From NCBI GenBank assembly GCA_040954595.2, contig CM082578.2, forward strand, positions 1,780,831 to 1,844,830: a stretch of DNA of 64,000 bases. The letters run 5' to 3'. The DNA is from Balanoglossus misakiensis (lineage: Eukaryota; Animalia; Hemichordata). The notes below the pieces were generated by a model. That model did no database searches. It saw only the letters and a program-made list of their open reading frames with translations, and had not been told where the DNA came from. The position numbers were made by a program, and so were the translations under genes. Of the stretch, positions 24,933 through 40,000 are shown piece by piece (position 1 is the stretch's first letter; each line of letters begins with the position of its first letter).

Positions 24933-25752
24933 ATTTTATGGTGGGCACTTGACAGTAATTGAGGGTTATTCTGAAAATCTTTATGCTGGAGCAGAGATTG
25001 TAAACCAGATTGAAGAGACTTCCAATGAAACAGCGAACCATGGTTGGATTGGTGAGTGTGTCTTTTCAGTATTTCTCAGTGTTCCCAAATAATTTGTGGG
25101 TGTATCAAGTGTAAAAAATAACTGGTTTTGGAATTTGACAGTTTACAAGTGAGCACTGCATATTAACACTTGAATGATAATTGTCTCAATATGGTAATTG
25201 AAAAGCCTATTTTTTACATCTCAATCACCTCATAAAATCTTGCCAGGTGACTCTGTATGCAGTTTTTCATCCAGACGGAGGGATGAGGGAATTCGCCCAC
25301 TGTCGGCATGTTGGCACCCCCCCCCCCCCCTAGAAATTTTTCAGGGGGGGGGGGCAGTGCCCTTTAAAATGATGTCATTCACATACTGAAGATACATGTA
25401 TTAGTTACAATCCCCCTTGGCAGAGTGGAATCCCCTCCCCCAAATAATCTTTCAAAGGGGGACATTTCCCCCCCCCCCCCCCATCCTTCATGAAACACTG
25501 CTGTATGCATCTTCTTTCTTTATTTCCATTTTATAGGATTTAGTGGACCCAATCCAGATGGCAGTGTGGAATATGATTATTCAGATGGCAGGAAAGGTAG
25601 TGTCTTTGATGGTCGATGGGCAGACACAGAACCTGATGCCTCCACTGGGCAATGTGTGAGGTTAAACCTCTTTGAAAATAATTACCCATGGTATCATGCA
25701 AGATGTGATGATGTCAGTCCGTCAATGTGTGAAGTAGCAGCTTGTGCTGAGG
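24933..25752 (+). CDS. C-type lectin domain exons (24933-25051, 25537-25752)
   Basis: FYGGHLTVIEGYSEN...HGWIG, then WADTEPD...QCVRL...WYHARCD...SMCE. The N-terminal CLECT and signal-peptide exon is not found in the window. Confidence 0.85.
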
Positions 25753-25840
25753 GTAAGTCTGATTCAAATCAACTAGAATCTGCCCTTACTAGCATCAGGT
25801 CTTTACTTTTCTCACACTGCTGTGGTCACTTCCCTACACT

Positions 25841-26104
25841 AAGAGAGAGAGAGAGAGAGCAAAAGGGAGGGAGGGAGAGGGTGGGAGGGGAGAGTGAGAG
25901 GGGAGGGGGATCGAGGGGAGTGGGAGATCGAGGGGAGGGTGGGAGAAAGGGAGGGAGGGGAGGGGGGGTAAGAGAAAGGGAGAGGGAGAGAGAGGGGAGG
26001 GAGGATTGAGGGGAGAGGGTGGGAGGGAGGGAGAGGGGGAGGGAGAGAGCTAGAGAGGGAGGGGGAGGGAGGGAGAGGGGGTGGGAGGGAAAGAGTGAGA
26101 GAGT
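25841..26104. repeat. GA-rich purine low-complexity tract
   Basis: About 260 bp almost entirely G/A, in an intron. Confidence 0.9.
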
Positions 26105-26479
26105 CCCCTAAGCCATACAAGATATACATGTGATAGGATATTAAACTTTAAACATCTAGACTTGGAAGAGCTCACCACTAAAAGTTAAACAAAGGGGATC
26201 AGATGAGATCATGTCTCCCGCGGTGCAGAATGGTGTTATATTTGAAATTCAAAACGGAGGAGAGTTACTTCATTCTGGCCAGTAATTTTGTCCACTCATT
26301 AATTGTATTGTTATCTTTAAATTATACTTTTAGACTTTTTATGTGAAACAGGTTTTCATGCTTATTTGTTAAAGCAGTTTTACTTTTGGCAGAGATACAA
26401 TATTGATCGTGTGATATTGTTCATAAACTTAAAAGCTTATGGGTTTGATACAAAAACTTTCATGTCCTTTCCTACATAC

Positions 26480-29400
26480 AGAAAATTAATAAGATATATC
26501 AGTATTATGACAAAAGTTAAAAAAATATCCATCAATGTAAATGTTATCTTTATTTTTTAAATAATTTTTGTTCAGGTGACTTTCGATGCTCCAATGGTAA
26601 TTGTATAAATCCTGACTGGGTTTGTGATGGTACAGTGGACTGTGGTGATGGTGATTTCTCTGATGAGATTGGATGTGCAGGTATGTTTTGGCAAGTGGTC
26701 TGAAACAATCATCTCTACGCTCTCCTCAACATCATTGCAAAGTGGGCCCAGGTGATGAGACCAAGTTTCCTAAATGTGTGGTATAGTGTACTTTTGGCTT
26801 GAAGTCATCATGCAAATGAATCTTGTAAATATGCGTGACAACTCTTATGTGCCAACCTCAAACTACTAGACCGTAATTTATTTGTATGATCATCTCCTTT
26901 GCAACTACAGACTACTTTTGAACTGTCAGCAGAAAGTCTGATCCTCAAAGAATTTCGTACTGTAAAACAGGAAATTTTCGCGAGTGATAAATATTTCGCG
27001 AACTATGCGAGAGCCAAAAAACACGAAAATAAAAAAGTTGTGTAAAAATGTTTTTCGAAGATAACAATGCCGTGAAATATGAGAATGCGAAAATCAATCA
27101 TCGCATAAAAGTTATCACTTTTGATATCACGAAAAATTTCCTGTTTTACAGTATGTCATAATTATAAATCAGAAACAAAACTGGGTCAAGTATTTTAAGA
27201 ATCTGGCATCTGTCACACTGATAGTTTGAGCTTAGAGAATAATAATATGCTGTTCTTGGAATTTTCGGGTGTGATAAATGTCGTTTCAAAATTTTTACAT
27301 TTGATTTATACTAATATAAAATTGGTTTTATACATGTACAATGGATACTCACTGTTGGTGAAGTAATTTTATCATCAATGAAATTTCTTCAACTTGAAGA
27401 GCAGAAGCTTTATGACCATTCATCACACAAATAAACCCTTTCTTTTTATTTTGATGATGTTCAGGAACATGTGGTGGTTTGGAAACTGGTGTCTCAGGGA
27501 CCTTTCACAGCACTGGATACCCAGATGATAATTATTACATTCTACAAGAATGTATTTGGACAATCCAGGGACCTGCAACATCCAGAATAAAAATTGAGGT
27601 ACAGTAAAACTTGTCCAATCTGGAAACCTGCCTATACAGAACACCTTTTCCCATCCATTCGTTGTACAAACACAATTTTAAAGGAACCTCTATAAAATAA
27701 ACTGGACACCTGTATTAAAAAGTTTCTTCCTTATAACAAACTATCTATAACTTCAGGCTAGTTTATCAGTATTTTTGTTTTGTGTATAAAACACATTTCC
27801 TGTCCTTATGAGTAACCCATCACACCCCTGCAGCTCTCTGCTTGTCAACAAGTCATGTGTATGTACTGACCATTGTTATTATTTACAAATGTTTTCAAAC
27901 AACAACAATGCCAATTGTGCACTCATAGATTTCAATGAGAAGATTAAGACTATGGATTTAACTCTGCCCTGGGGAGCTGAACAAGAAACTATGGTTGATA
28001 CACAGAATAGAAATACTGAAAAATGCAACAAGTTACAACTAATGGGGCTTAAGTCATGAATCTGTGTTTATTTTCATGTATATTGGCTTGAGACAGCTCA
28101 CTATGTATGATGTATGTTGTAACATTTTGTTTTTATTCTTTTCAGTTTCCGTATTTTGACACTGAACTTTATCATGATACTGTTGTCATTGTCGATGGGT
28201 CTGTGTTTGACCAATCCAAAGTTCTTGCAATATATAGTGGACCGGACCAGCCTGATGAAGTTATTAGCAGTGGTAATGCAATGTTGGTGAAATTTCTCTC
28301 AGATAGTTCACATACTGCTACTGGCTTTGAAGCATCTTGGCAAGCAGGTAATACTAAGTTTTGTAAATGTACATACTTTAAAACGAGAAATTAATGCTCT
28401 GTGTTTACCATAGACAAATACTGTCTCTGAAACGTTTCAAATTTTACCCTGTGTGAACCAGGTATAACATTATAGATTGCACTTGTAGGCAATATTGGCC
28501 CTACCTTGACTGTGATCTTGCTGATGTTCTGTTTGTGAGGTGTGTATGTTAAGATGACTTTTTCTTTCTTCCAGTGTATTCTTTGTGTGGTGGGAATTTC
28601 ATAGCACAGTCATATAAACAGAATCTCAGCAGTACAGAATATTTTGAAGGCAAGAATTATCTCAACAATGAAGATTGTAACTGGCAGCTGGCATCATTCA
28701 CAACAGAATTTGTTGTCACTTTACAGGTAAATAGAAGACTACATGTAGATGAATTCATATTTTTACTCTTTTTAACCATTCATTTCATGTTATTAGTGGA
28801 TTCAGATGCAATTAATCGTGTGAGTTGTTTGACAGCATGACAAAAATTAGTAATTGTATTTTTAAAAAAACATTTTATTTTTGTCATTTCTGGTCAATTC
28901 TCAGTAGCCACTTTTCTGATTTCTTAAAATTTGGTTTACAAGGACCAAGTATTTTTATTATGGTGTACATAAACATGTGTCAAATATCAATACTGGGGAG
29001 GAGGGGGGTGGGTAGTTTTAGACATTTTTGGTCCAAAAGTCCACTCATGTCAGAAACGGCTCTTCCAGTTGTTTTGGATTTTGGTTTATTGGGATGTGAA
29101 AATATTCTTCATCAGATTTATTCTTATATTACCTCATCAATGCTAAAGGTGCCCTTATAGGGACAAAGTCTCTCTCTCTCGCTACCCTTTTCCCAGTTAT
29201 TATGTTTGATACAAGACACCGTTTATGTTGTTCTACATGAGGATATATAGTGAATCAACATTCAACCATTTTTAGGATATGAGAGTAAAAATCTCGCCCA
29301 AAATGAAGCGGGATGGAATGTTGATTCACTATATATCCACATGTAGAATAACATAAACGATAATTAATCAAACGATAATTAATGGAAAAGGGGCAGCGAG

Positions 29401-31555
29401 AGAGAGACTTTGCCCCTTAATGGTTTTGTGTAGGAAATTGTGATCACTATGATTGTACGGTATGTCACATTTAAATGTACATATCAAATGGGAGCACAGT
29501 GTCTTTGATGCTATTTTTTATATCTTTTCAGTTTATCTCCTTTGCAACAGAAGATGGGGCTGATCAAGTGTCTGTATACGATGGCGCTGAACTGAATCCC
29601 GTCCTCCGACTTGCTTTATTTTCTGGGATGGAGTTACCCAATGTCATCATATCTTCCAAAAGTGTGATGAGAGTTGACTTTAAGAGTGATGATGCAGTTA
29701 CAATGACAGGTTTTCATGCACATTACTGGGCAGGTAGGTAACGCATTCAAATTGATCAAGATGTTGTTTGAATGAAGAGGCAATCAAGGATTCATGATAC
29801 AAGAGAATAATGTTTTATAGGGACAAAGTCTCTCTCTCTCTACCCTTTTTCCCGGAATTATGATGATACAATACAGCATTTATGTTATTCTACATGTGGA
29901 TATATAGTGAATGAACATTCAACCACACACAACTTCCATCCCACTTGTAGACATAAGAGTGAAAAAACTCGCCAAAATGAAAAATCGGTCTCTACCGTTT
30001 ATTCTTTTTGGCAAGATTTTTACTCTCATATCCTACAAACGGGATGGAAGTTGTGCGTGGTTGAATGTTCATTCACTATATATCCACATGTAGAATTACA
30101 TAAACAGTGTCTTGTATCAAACATAGTTATAGTGCAGGAGCTAAACCCAAAATTTTGGCATAATTGTGCACTTTGGGTTAAAAGCATGAAACTTGGTACA
30201 CTTATGCATTGACCCATGGCGGCCATTTTCTGATATGGATCCAAAACGACAGCGCCCTCTAGCGGCCAGAAACAGACATTTATTCTTTAAAATTGTACAC
30301 TTCGGGTTAAAAGCATGAAATTTGGTACAATTATTCATTGACCCATGGCGGACATTTTCCAATATGGATCCAAAAAGACAGAGCCCTCCAGTGGCTAGAA
30401 ACTGACATTTACACTTTTCCCCCCATTAATGACACTTTTTGGGCAAGTTTAACACTCAGAGACAGAAATGTGGGTTGTAAAACATGCTTGCTGCCATACA
30501 TTCCTTTGAATATTATCCTAATCCTGATGTACATGTATCAGATCAATCTTGTATGTTACTAATTGAACGATTTGTTCTTCGAAATAACAGACCAGTTTTA
30601 TTCACAAAGTCATGCAAAGGGGTAAGACAACACCTCTTCTCCAGAAAGTCAAGGGTTCTCGAGAATACAGGCAGCTCCTAAAGAACATGTGCTGTGAGAA
30701 ACCTAGCAAAGCTATATCAAACCAACAGAATCCCAGTGGAAATGAAGTTAGACAACTCTTAGTCAAGCCCAAGAAAAGAGTCAACCACAGGAAATCAGTT
30801 GCAAAAAGTCATACACATGTTTCTGTAGGTGCTTTAGATCTAGTCTTGCAGCAGTGGTCATTGTTACTGTGAAGGAAGATGTCATCAAGATTGATCTGAT
30901 ACATGCATATCAGGATTAGGATAATATACACATGAATGTATGATACCAACCATGTTTTACAACCCATATTCCTGTTTCTGAGTGTTACAAATTACCAAAA
31001 AGTGCCATTAATGGGGAAAGTGTGAATGTTAGTTTATGGTCACAAGAGGGCGCTGTCATTTTGGATCCATATCAGAAAATGGCCGCCATGGGTCAATGCA
31101 TACGTGTACCAAGTTTCAGGCTTTAAACCCGAAGTGCACGGTTTTTAAGTATGAATGTATGTTTCTGGCCACTAGAGGGCGCTGTCATTTTGGATCCATA
31201 TCAGAAAATGGCCGCCATGGGTCAATGCATAAGTGTACCAAGTTTCATGCTTTTAACCCAAAGTGCACGATTTTTTGGTTAACTGCCCCACTATAATGGA
31301 AAAAGGGCAGCGAGAGAGAGAAACTTTGTCCCTTTAAATCACTTAAAATCCTTCCCAAAGAATTTCAACCCAGTAAGAATTGTAAGGATCACAAATATAT
31401 CTTCCTTTGCCATTCTTTCTGGAGGTTTATAAGCTCATCTGATACTGGGTCATTATGGAACTTTTAACAGAAAAAATAACAAAATGTGAAAAAAAGTTAA
31501 ATGAGTTTAATTTGCTTACTACATGTATAACGACAGAAATGTTTGACCTAAGGAA
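26480..31555 (+). repeat. Segmental duplication C, copy 2
   Basis: Partner of 17568-22640. Confidence 0.95.
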
Positions 31556-33065
31556 GTCATAAAATACAGTTAACAGTCATTTCTTCTATCGCTTACGACT
31601 TTTTATCCAGAAGGCAATTATTATGTGATTTGATCCCCTAGCACGAAATAAAAGGCAGCCAGGATTACACCAAACCTGTGGATTGAATTAATTATTTCTT
31701 GTTTGGTATTTTTTCTTCAAAGGTTGCCAGGGAATTGAAATTCTGCGTAGTTTTGGTACGATTCAGTCACCAGGCTTTGATGTTAGCACTTACCCTGATG
31801 ATGTTATGTGTAGCTGGGTAATCAAGGAACCAACTGGAAGACCATTAACTCTTATCTTTGATGACAACTTTGGATTAGAGAGGAACACAGATGTTGATTA
31901 CATCATTGTAAGTATCAGATATGATCAGGAGTCAGCTATGTTAAAGGGACAAAGTCTCTCTCCCGCTGCCCTTTTTCCATTAATTATGTTGATACAAGAC
32001 ACCGTTTGTGTTATTCTACATGTGGATATGTAGTGAATGAACGTTCAACCACATACAACTTCCATCCCACTTGTAGACACAAGAGTGAAAAACTCGCCAA
32101 AATGAATAATCGGTGATTACTGTTTATTCATTTTGGGCGAGTTTTTACTCTCATACCCTACAAATGGGATGGAAGTTGTTTGTGGTCGAAGGTTTATTAC
32201 AAATGTATCTATATATCCACAGGTAGAATAACATAAACAGTGTCTTGTATCAAACATAATTAATGGAAAAAGGGCAGAGAGAGAGAGAGAGAGAGAGAGA
32301 GACTTTGTCCCTTTAATGCTGACAAAATTTTGTCATATTATTTTGCAGTGATTTTAGTTTGACAATTTTGGCAGACATAACTTCAAACTATACAACTTTG
32401 GAACACAATTTTAAAATTCAATTAAACACATATATACTGTAAAACGGTAAACTTTTGCAACATGAAATTTTCGCGTTCTTGTATTTCACTGCATCATTAT
32501 CCCTGAAAAACATTTTTATGCGACTTTTTATTTTTTACCCTTTGATGGCTCTCGCATAGTTCACGAAAATTTATCATTTGCGAAAATTTCCCGTTTTACA
32601 GTATTTGAGTAGCTGTTACAGTAGGAAATGCAACAAGGATTGAATACTGTAAAACGGGACATGATAATTTTTCGCAAACTACGTGAGAGCCAAAAAACAT
32701 GAAAATAAAGAGTCGCATAAAATGTTTTTTTCGGAGATAACTATGCAGTAAAATATGACAATGTGAAAATTAATTGTCGCGTAACAGTAGCCACCTTTGA
32801 TATCGCGAAAATTTCCTGTTGTGAAGATTTCCCGTTTTACGGTATCTACAATGCATGCTTTATTTGTCTTTGTTTCTGAAGGTATACAACGGTACTGAGA
32901 GTGATGATGATGTCATTATTGGTCCATGGAGTGGCAATTCTGATGAAGTCATTGATGGCACATTGCCACCACCCGATTGCCGTACAGACATTGGACACTT
33001 TTCGGTTGTGTTCAGGAGTAGTAGAACACGACCAGCTAAAGGATTCAGGGCGTCATTTTCACCAG
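26576..33065 (+). CDS. LDLa and three CUB domains
   Basis: Exons: 26576-26680 ([29 protein letters not shown]), 27465-27598, 28146-28347, 28575-28726, 29532-29733, 31723-31907, 32882-33065. All are open and phase-compatible. Confidence 0.9.
30130..31293. mobile_element. Foldback element, duplicate copy
   Basis: Same as 21215-22378; carried within duplication C. Confidence 0.75.
31945..32312. mobile_element. TTAA-targeting MITE with AGGG termini (T2/Kolobok-like); representative copy
   Basis: ttaa|agggacaaagtctctc...gagagactttgtccct|ttaa. Other copies: 20248-20502, 29159-29417, 34906-35233, 50394-50702. Half copies lie near 39415-39545, 57603 and 59936. Confidence 0.75.
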
Positions 33066-33243
33066 GTATACATAACTTACTAACATTTCAGAAAAGGATG
33101 TTACAGAATTCTTAGAAACACGCACTCCCTTTATTCCTTATGATTTAGAGTCATTAAGTGAAAGGTGGAAAGATTTTTGAATATGCTTCGTTCATTCTAA
33201 GAATGATCTAATTTCAGGGACTTGTGGATGAATTGTAATGTTT

Positions 33244-33375
33244 ATAATCTTTACGGCCCTGATACGGGTTTTGTGGCCCGAGGTCGTACGGCGGAAGCGC
33301 CCGACCGCAGGGAGGGCGGGAATCGACGTACGACCGATGGCCGCAAAACCCGTATCAGGGCCGTAAAGGTTTTAT
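33244..33375. mobile_element. Palindromic Crypton-like element end; the element may extend to about 34040
   Basis: ataatctttacggccctgatacgggttttg...caaaacccgtatcagggccgtaaaggttttat. Confidence 0.5.
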
Positions 33376-34097
33376 CATATGCCTTATTGAACGATAATCT
33401 ACAAGAAACTAATAAAATACACATTCTGTAATATTTTGGAATGTAAATATTATGTGTTTATTATGTAAATATTATCTATCGTTTTGGAATGATCTATCCC
33501 GTAGCATAGAGGCGCATTCCTCCAGTTCTTGCGGATTGATATGCACGATGTCATTTGTTTATATTCTATTGCACGTGAGATATAGACGCGCTCGAACTCA
33601 CAGAGCCGAGCGCGAGCAAAACATTATTTTTTCTTTGCGACGATCGACGCCGACAGTCACACATTAATCAAATCAAATCATCAATTTGACTATTCATATT
33701 TCCAAATAATGCTCTACAACATGCAGCGATTACGGGAGATGATGGGATTCGGTAGCGGCATAGGACATACACACACTGCAAGTGCACTAGTCACTGACAC
33801 CGCACCAGAAAAATTTAATTCCGAACGTAGCAATGACAACTTTCGAATCTCGCGCAATAAACACAAAACTAGATCCGGATATTGAACGCGTCTTCCAAAT
33901 ATGGTCACCGGGCCGGGGCGTGATAAGCAAAAAAACTGCAGGGATGTGAGGGCGCTTTTCCCCATAGACTTTACGTGGGCACGTGAATATAGGCATATGA
34001 TAATAAACATACAAATGCGGCACGACGACCCCTCACATTTATGAGTCAAAGTATTTGTCTGCATGCATTCTTATCATTGTGATCCTTGTTCTGACAG

Positions 34098-37000
34098 ACT
34101 GTCCCGAAATTGTGATTGGTGAGGGCGTGGTGACCAGTACAGATGATAGAAGCTATGATGTCACTGTCTCATTCCAATGCTTGGATGGTTATCAGAAAGT
34201 GTCTGGTACTGTCTCTTCTCTCACTTGTCTCTTTGGTGGAAACTGGAATGAAGAGGATCCTCTCAAGTTACCAGCATGTCAAAGTAAGGCAATAGTGCAC
34301 TATTCTTCGATATCAAATAACGTCAGACGCAGTTCCGTTGGCATTCAAATTTCCAGATGACGGGCAACATCAACAACTTGGTGCAGACAAAGACAGTGCA
34401 GATGAAACGCCATGAGGCTGATGAGGCACCATACCTGATACATGTTACGTGTCTGGTAGTTCTAAAGTAAAAACATACTCGGAAAAACTTTTACTGGATG
34501 CCGAAATATTGTTTGCCCGTCATCTGGAAATGACAACACCGTGGGTCACATGGCCAGATCACGTGATTGATAGTAAAGAATTGGTAGGACCGAATCCAGT
34601 AGAAGGGGTCCAGCTAATTTCTACATAATTTGGTAGCTTTGAGGTCACTCTTTCAGAAGAAAAAAAAACATTATTAGAAACCCATTGCCTGTTGATTTCC
34701 AGTGCGTAAACAAGCCTACATTTCCTGTTCCACAGTTCAGTCAAGTTTAGGAGAAAACTAAAGTCGTCTCAATGTGAACTGTAACTCATGTAGGAATTAA
34801 TGACTTCTCGTACAGGTGTCATGTTGTTTGTAGCTATAAAATTTCTGTGATGGGAATTAATGTGAAGATATGATTCAATCTAACTTATATTTTATGAACA
34901 TTTAAAGGGACAAAGTCTCACTCACTGCCCTTTTCCATGAATTATGTTTGATACAAGACACCGTTTATGTTATTCTACATGTGGGTATACATGTATAGTG
35001 AATCAACGTTCGACCACACACAACTTCCATACTGTTGAGTAATGAGAGTAAAAATCTCGCCAAAATGAGTAAATGGTAGAGACCGATTATTCATTTTGGC
35101 GAGTTTTTCACTCTTGTGTCTATAAATGGGATGGAATTTGTGTGTGGTTGAATGTTGTTTCACTATACCATGGTGTCTTGTATCAAAGATAATTAATGAA
35201 AAAGGGGCAGCGAGATAGACTTAATTTGTCCCTTGAATCTATTGTTAGTAACAACTTGAATGACACTAATTTGTTGTTTATTTTTTAGGAATAACATGTG
35301 GTGGACCCCCTGAGTGCAGCAATGGAATTCTTACCAATGTTACCAGTACAGTGTATGGTGGAATTGCTTATTATCAATGCATTGAGGGCCATCAGTTTAT
35401 AAATAATGTGACTTCATTGGAATGCCAAGCAGATGGTGTCTGGGGTCCGCTTGTGCCCCAATGCGAGCGTAAGTTGATATTTTTGAAAACAATTAAACTG
35501 TCATTGTAGTGCACACGTAGGAGACGGATTTTACAGGGTATATTGGCCTACTGTTTGGAGTAGAACAAAACATTGCATTTGGTACAGAGAACAAAAAATA
35601 CTCTAAAACAGGTTATTTTCGCAACAGGAAATTTTCGCAATATCGAAAGAGGCAACTGTTATGCGAGGATTAATTTTCGCGTTTTCATATATCACTAACT
35701 GCATTGTTATCTCTGAAAAACATTTTACGCGACTTTTTATTTTCATGTTCTTTGGCTCTCGCGTATTTCGCTGAAATGTTTTGCTCGCGAAAATAGCCCA
35801 TTTTGCAGTACTTAAAATAAAGCCAATTACAAGTTACTGTAGCTACATGTAATGTCCCTTTAAACTTTTTTCCTAGTAGTAACACGCTTGTGATGTTATC
35901 TGTTCATCTTACCCAAACAGCTCGTGAGTGTCCACCACCGAATGTAGACAACTACTTATCTTATGAAATTGTTAATGGTGATTCATTGGTTTTTGGAACA
36001 ACCATTGCCTACTCATGTCCATCTGGCTACAGTCTGACTGGCTACACTGTCTCTACATGTGGTGAAGATGGATCTTGGATTGGAGATCCAGGATACTGTC
36101 AACGTAAGTCATTTAAGGACATGTACGTTCACTAAAATTGAAAGTATGGTCATTTTTTTTAATTGTTGATTTTTGGATTCGCCTTTGTATGTATAATGAA
36201 AATCAGTAATGAAATATACGGGTCACCGTGCTTGTTTTTGAAATACAGAGCCATGAATTCAGTCGATAATAGAAGAAAAGGAGTCTATGGTATCTGGACT
36301 TTTATAGTGGGAACTTGGGGTGAAAAGGTTAAAGTTGTTTCACAATACAGGTACCTGATACATACCGGTATACCACAACCAAGTCTGAATCCACATAATC
36401 CATTAAGATGTTTTATTTTTTTTTACTTGCAGGATTAAACTGCAGTGACATACTCATAACAGACCAACATTTACAAGCTGTCCCAGATAGTGGACCATAT
36501 TATATGGGCAGCAACATCACATTCTATTGCGATGCTGGCTATGAATTAAATGGTGCTGATTATCTGACATGTCAATCAGATTTACAGTGGAATGATGCAA
36601 TACCATCATGCATTGGTAAGTTCACATCATGATTGGTCTTCATGTGGTTGTCTGCTTATTAGGCCAAAAAAAAAGGAAATGTTTCTGGTCAGACCCTTCT
36701 TTAAAAACTGGTGGGGGGACGCAAATTTAAAAAATAAAAATTTCTCTCAAGGGAAGAAGGACGGTCAGTTTTATAGTTTTTATCAATATAGTCACATGTA
36801 CACTGTTCATGCAGTCATTGATTACACGCCCCAAAATGTCCAGTGATTTATATCTAGTTGAAGCAGTTTGAGTTTGCCGTGGCCGCCACCACAAACCAGG
36901 AAAAAAATGGGGGTGACACGCTGTTATTCAAGTGACCCACGCGCTGACCAGAAACATTTCATTTTTTGGCCTGAGTTATTGTAATCACTCCAGTAATTCG

Positions 37001-40000
37001 ACTGCTCCATTAGTTTGACCACCCACTAATCTTAGGATAATTAATTATTCTACAACCTCCAATTGTTCGACCAGTACGTGACTGCATAATTCCCCCACCC
37101 CTCACCCCCACCCCCGGAGTTTTAATATCCTCATATAAGTGCCCTTTATCGCTACAGGAAATTTTTGCGACCGGAAATTTTCGCGATATAAAAAGCAGAA
37201 ACTGTTACGAGACGATTAAGTTTCATGTTCTCGTATTTCACTGCATTGTCATCACTGAAAAACATTTTTAAGCGAATTTTTATTTTCACTACGTCTTTTT
37301 TGGCTCTCTAGCGTAAAAATTTACTGTTTGCGAAAATTTCCCGTTGGTCTAATACCCAGCTAAACTTGTTGGTCCGAATTTTCCCCTTGGACCTCTGGGA
37401 TTTTGATCATATCTTGATGAATAACATTTCAGATATCAATGAATGTAGTACATTGGTGGCACCATGTGGAATCAATCAAGTCTGTGAAAATAGAGATGGT
37501 GACTATCAGTGTGCATGTCTGGTGGGATTTGAACCGGATGTGAATGGAACAGCATGCAAAGGTGAGACATAATCAGTCACATACAACGTAACTTCAAGTC
37601 ACTATTCACATTTAACACATTCCAAACTATCTGGATAAATTTTCAGAATTTCCTTGTAATTTTAAATTTTCTTCAACAGACATATTAAAGTGTTGCCATC
37701 ACCTTGACACAACTTTATCATAATTTATCTTTTAAGTTCATTCACAACCTAAAAACAGTCATTTCCTGGAAATGTTCATCTGTTTTCTCTAAAATATCAG
37801 CTGAACTGTTTTGTAGAAGGAAATGTTCAACTAATTATTTCACAGATTTTTTTTCTCCCAAAAATTGCTGAATTTTTCACTGATTTCCCCCCCACCCCTA
37901 AATTCAGCTGAATTTTACACTGATCAGACACTTTTGGAAAGGTGTGGCACAAATTACTGAACGTACATCCTTAATGCAATTTTTTAATCCAACCCATGTT
38001 CCTTCTTTACTACTTTGTAGATATAAATGAATGTGCTTCACATTCTTTTGATCAACTTTGTGAAAACACTGCAGGTGGTTTTCAATGTTCCTGTGAAGAA
38101 GGCTATCTCTTATATGCAAATAACGGCACAGGTGGATTCTATCTACCACCTGGAGAAACTGGTCTCTCAATGTATGATGTCTACACTTTTAACCAATCAT
38201 GTGTTCGTAAGTATCATGTTAAACTATAGAGTTAAAGGTATATGATCACCCATGGAAAATTAGCTATAATAGTAACCATGGAAAATTGAAATCTAGCCAA
38301 TCACAGACTTTCAGTGGGAGGTACACGTGAAAAAAGAGTGCCACGATATGTTCTTTAGAAGGCTCTAATATGCCATTTCAGCCATATATGGGCATATATA
38401 AATTGGAGGTGACTGTATACCTTTAACCAATATTTGTCATATTATTGACCTTTATACCGCAATGAATTTGCAGCGACAAAAATTGGACAAATGGCTGAAT
38501 TTCATAATTGGATTTCATAATTTTGCCGTAATTCAGTTATGAAATGTGGAGAAACTCAGCAGACCAACTTTGCACCGTCATTATTCATTTTGGATTTGTT
38601 TCTCTCCTGCTAACAAAAGTGTGCTCTCACCTTATGGCATGAACATGCATTGAATTCTGAGGAAAAGGGGATTAATACTTGAGTGTATTTACAAAGACAA
38701 ACAAGCTCACTGGTAGCATTTAAAGGGGAAGTCCGGTTCAGCTACATAGTTGGGTAGCTTTGAGGTTATTCTTTCAGAAAAAAACATTGTGTAGAAATTA
38801 TGCATAAATCAGCTGGACTGGACTTCCCTTTTAATATTTCCAAGCAAGGCAATTGGTTTACTGCAACAATTATTACTTTGAAAACACAGTGTAAAACAAC
38901 AATCATGATATGAATGTTACTTTAATAGATAGTCATACTTATATAAGCATGACTGTCTATGTTGGTCTGTAAGTTGTATTTGAAAGAAAAGTTTCATGTA
39001 CGAATAGTACGAAGATTGACATTTAGTGTTCTATGTAATGGCTATAGTTTGTCATTCTATAAAAACATATATTAATTTGTGTGTACTTCACCAATATTCT
39101 CTTCTTATTCCTAATCTTGTACAGCCGTGACGTGTATTGTACCCAACATTTCCAACCCAATCCCTATTCCAAATCCACGTGAAGGATCCCTAGTCTGGAA
39201 CATAGAGGAAACTGGTGATATTCTGGTGGAGTTCAATAGCACCATTACATTCTATTGTTTGGAGGGTTTTCAACTGAATGGACAGTCCACTCTGTTGTGT
39301 ACAGTGGAAGGCCAGTATGATGCGGACTTTCCAACTTGCACACGTAAGTCAATATTTTTTTTTTTAATCAGAAAACCTTGATATTATTATACATCTGGCA
39401 TCGAGAACAATAGAATTTGGCGTATGGAAGTTGTGTGTGGTTGAACGTTGATTCACTACATATCCACATGTAGAATAACACAAACGGTGTCTTGTATTAA
39501 ATATAATTAATGGAAAAAGGGCAGCGAGAGAGAGACTTTGTCCCTTAAAAAGTGATTACAGATTTATCCCAGGCTCTTCCTTCAACTCAACTCTACGTGT
39601 ATTTTCTACAGCTGCTGTCTGCAGTGAACCAGAGAGTATTGATCATGGCAGCTACGAGGTCAATGACCCCAACTACAACTATCAGAGTGAAGTGACCTAT
39701 AGTTGTGACATTGGATACAACTTATATGGTAGCCATGTCAGAGTGTGTACCTACAGCAGTCAAGATGGTGATTACCGATGGAATTCCTCTCCTCCTGTCT
39801 GTCAACGTAAGTAACAGGAATGAATAATGCTATACCTTATATTCCTTAGAATTCTTTTGCATTCTATAGATTGCAATACGCATTAAAGTTATGTAGCACT
39901 CTTTGATCAACAGTTGAAACTACAGCATGAGCTTTCAGGAACATGTAGTCCCCTTCTTCAGATGCACTCGTGGAAGATTCCAAGCTCGTGCTGTAATTTC

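Noticed and set aside
25839-26129. Pro/Ser-rich minus-strand ORF and Gly/Arg/Glu-rich plus-strand extension
   Set aside because: They arise from a GA-rich low-complexity intron tract downstream of the donor at 25753.
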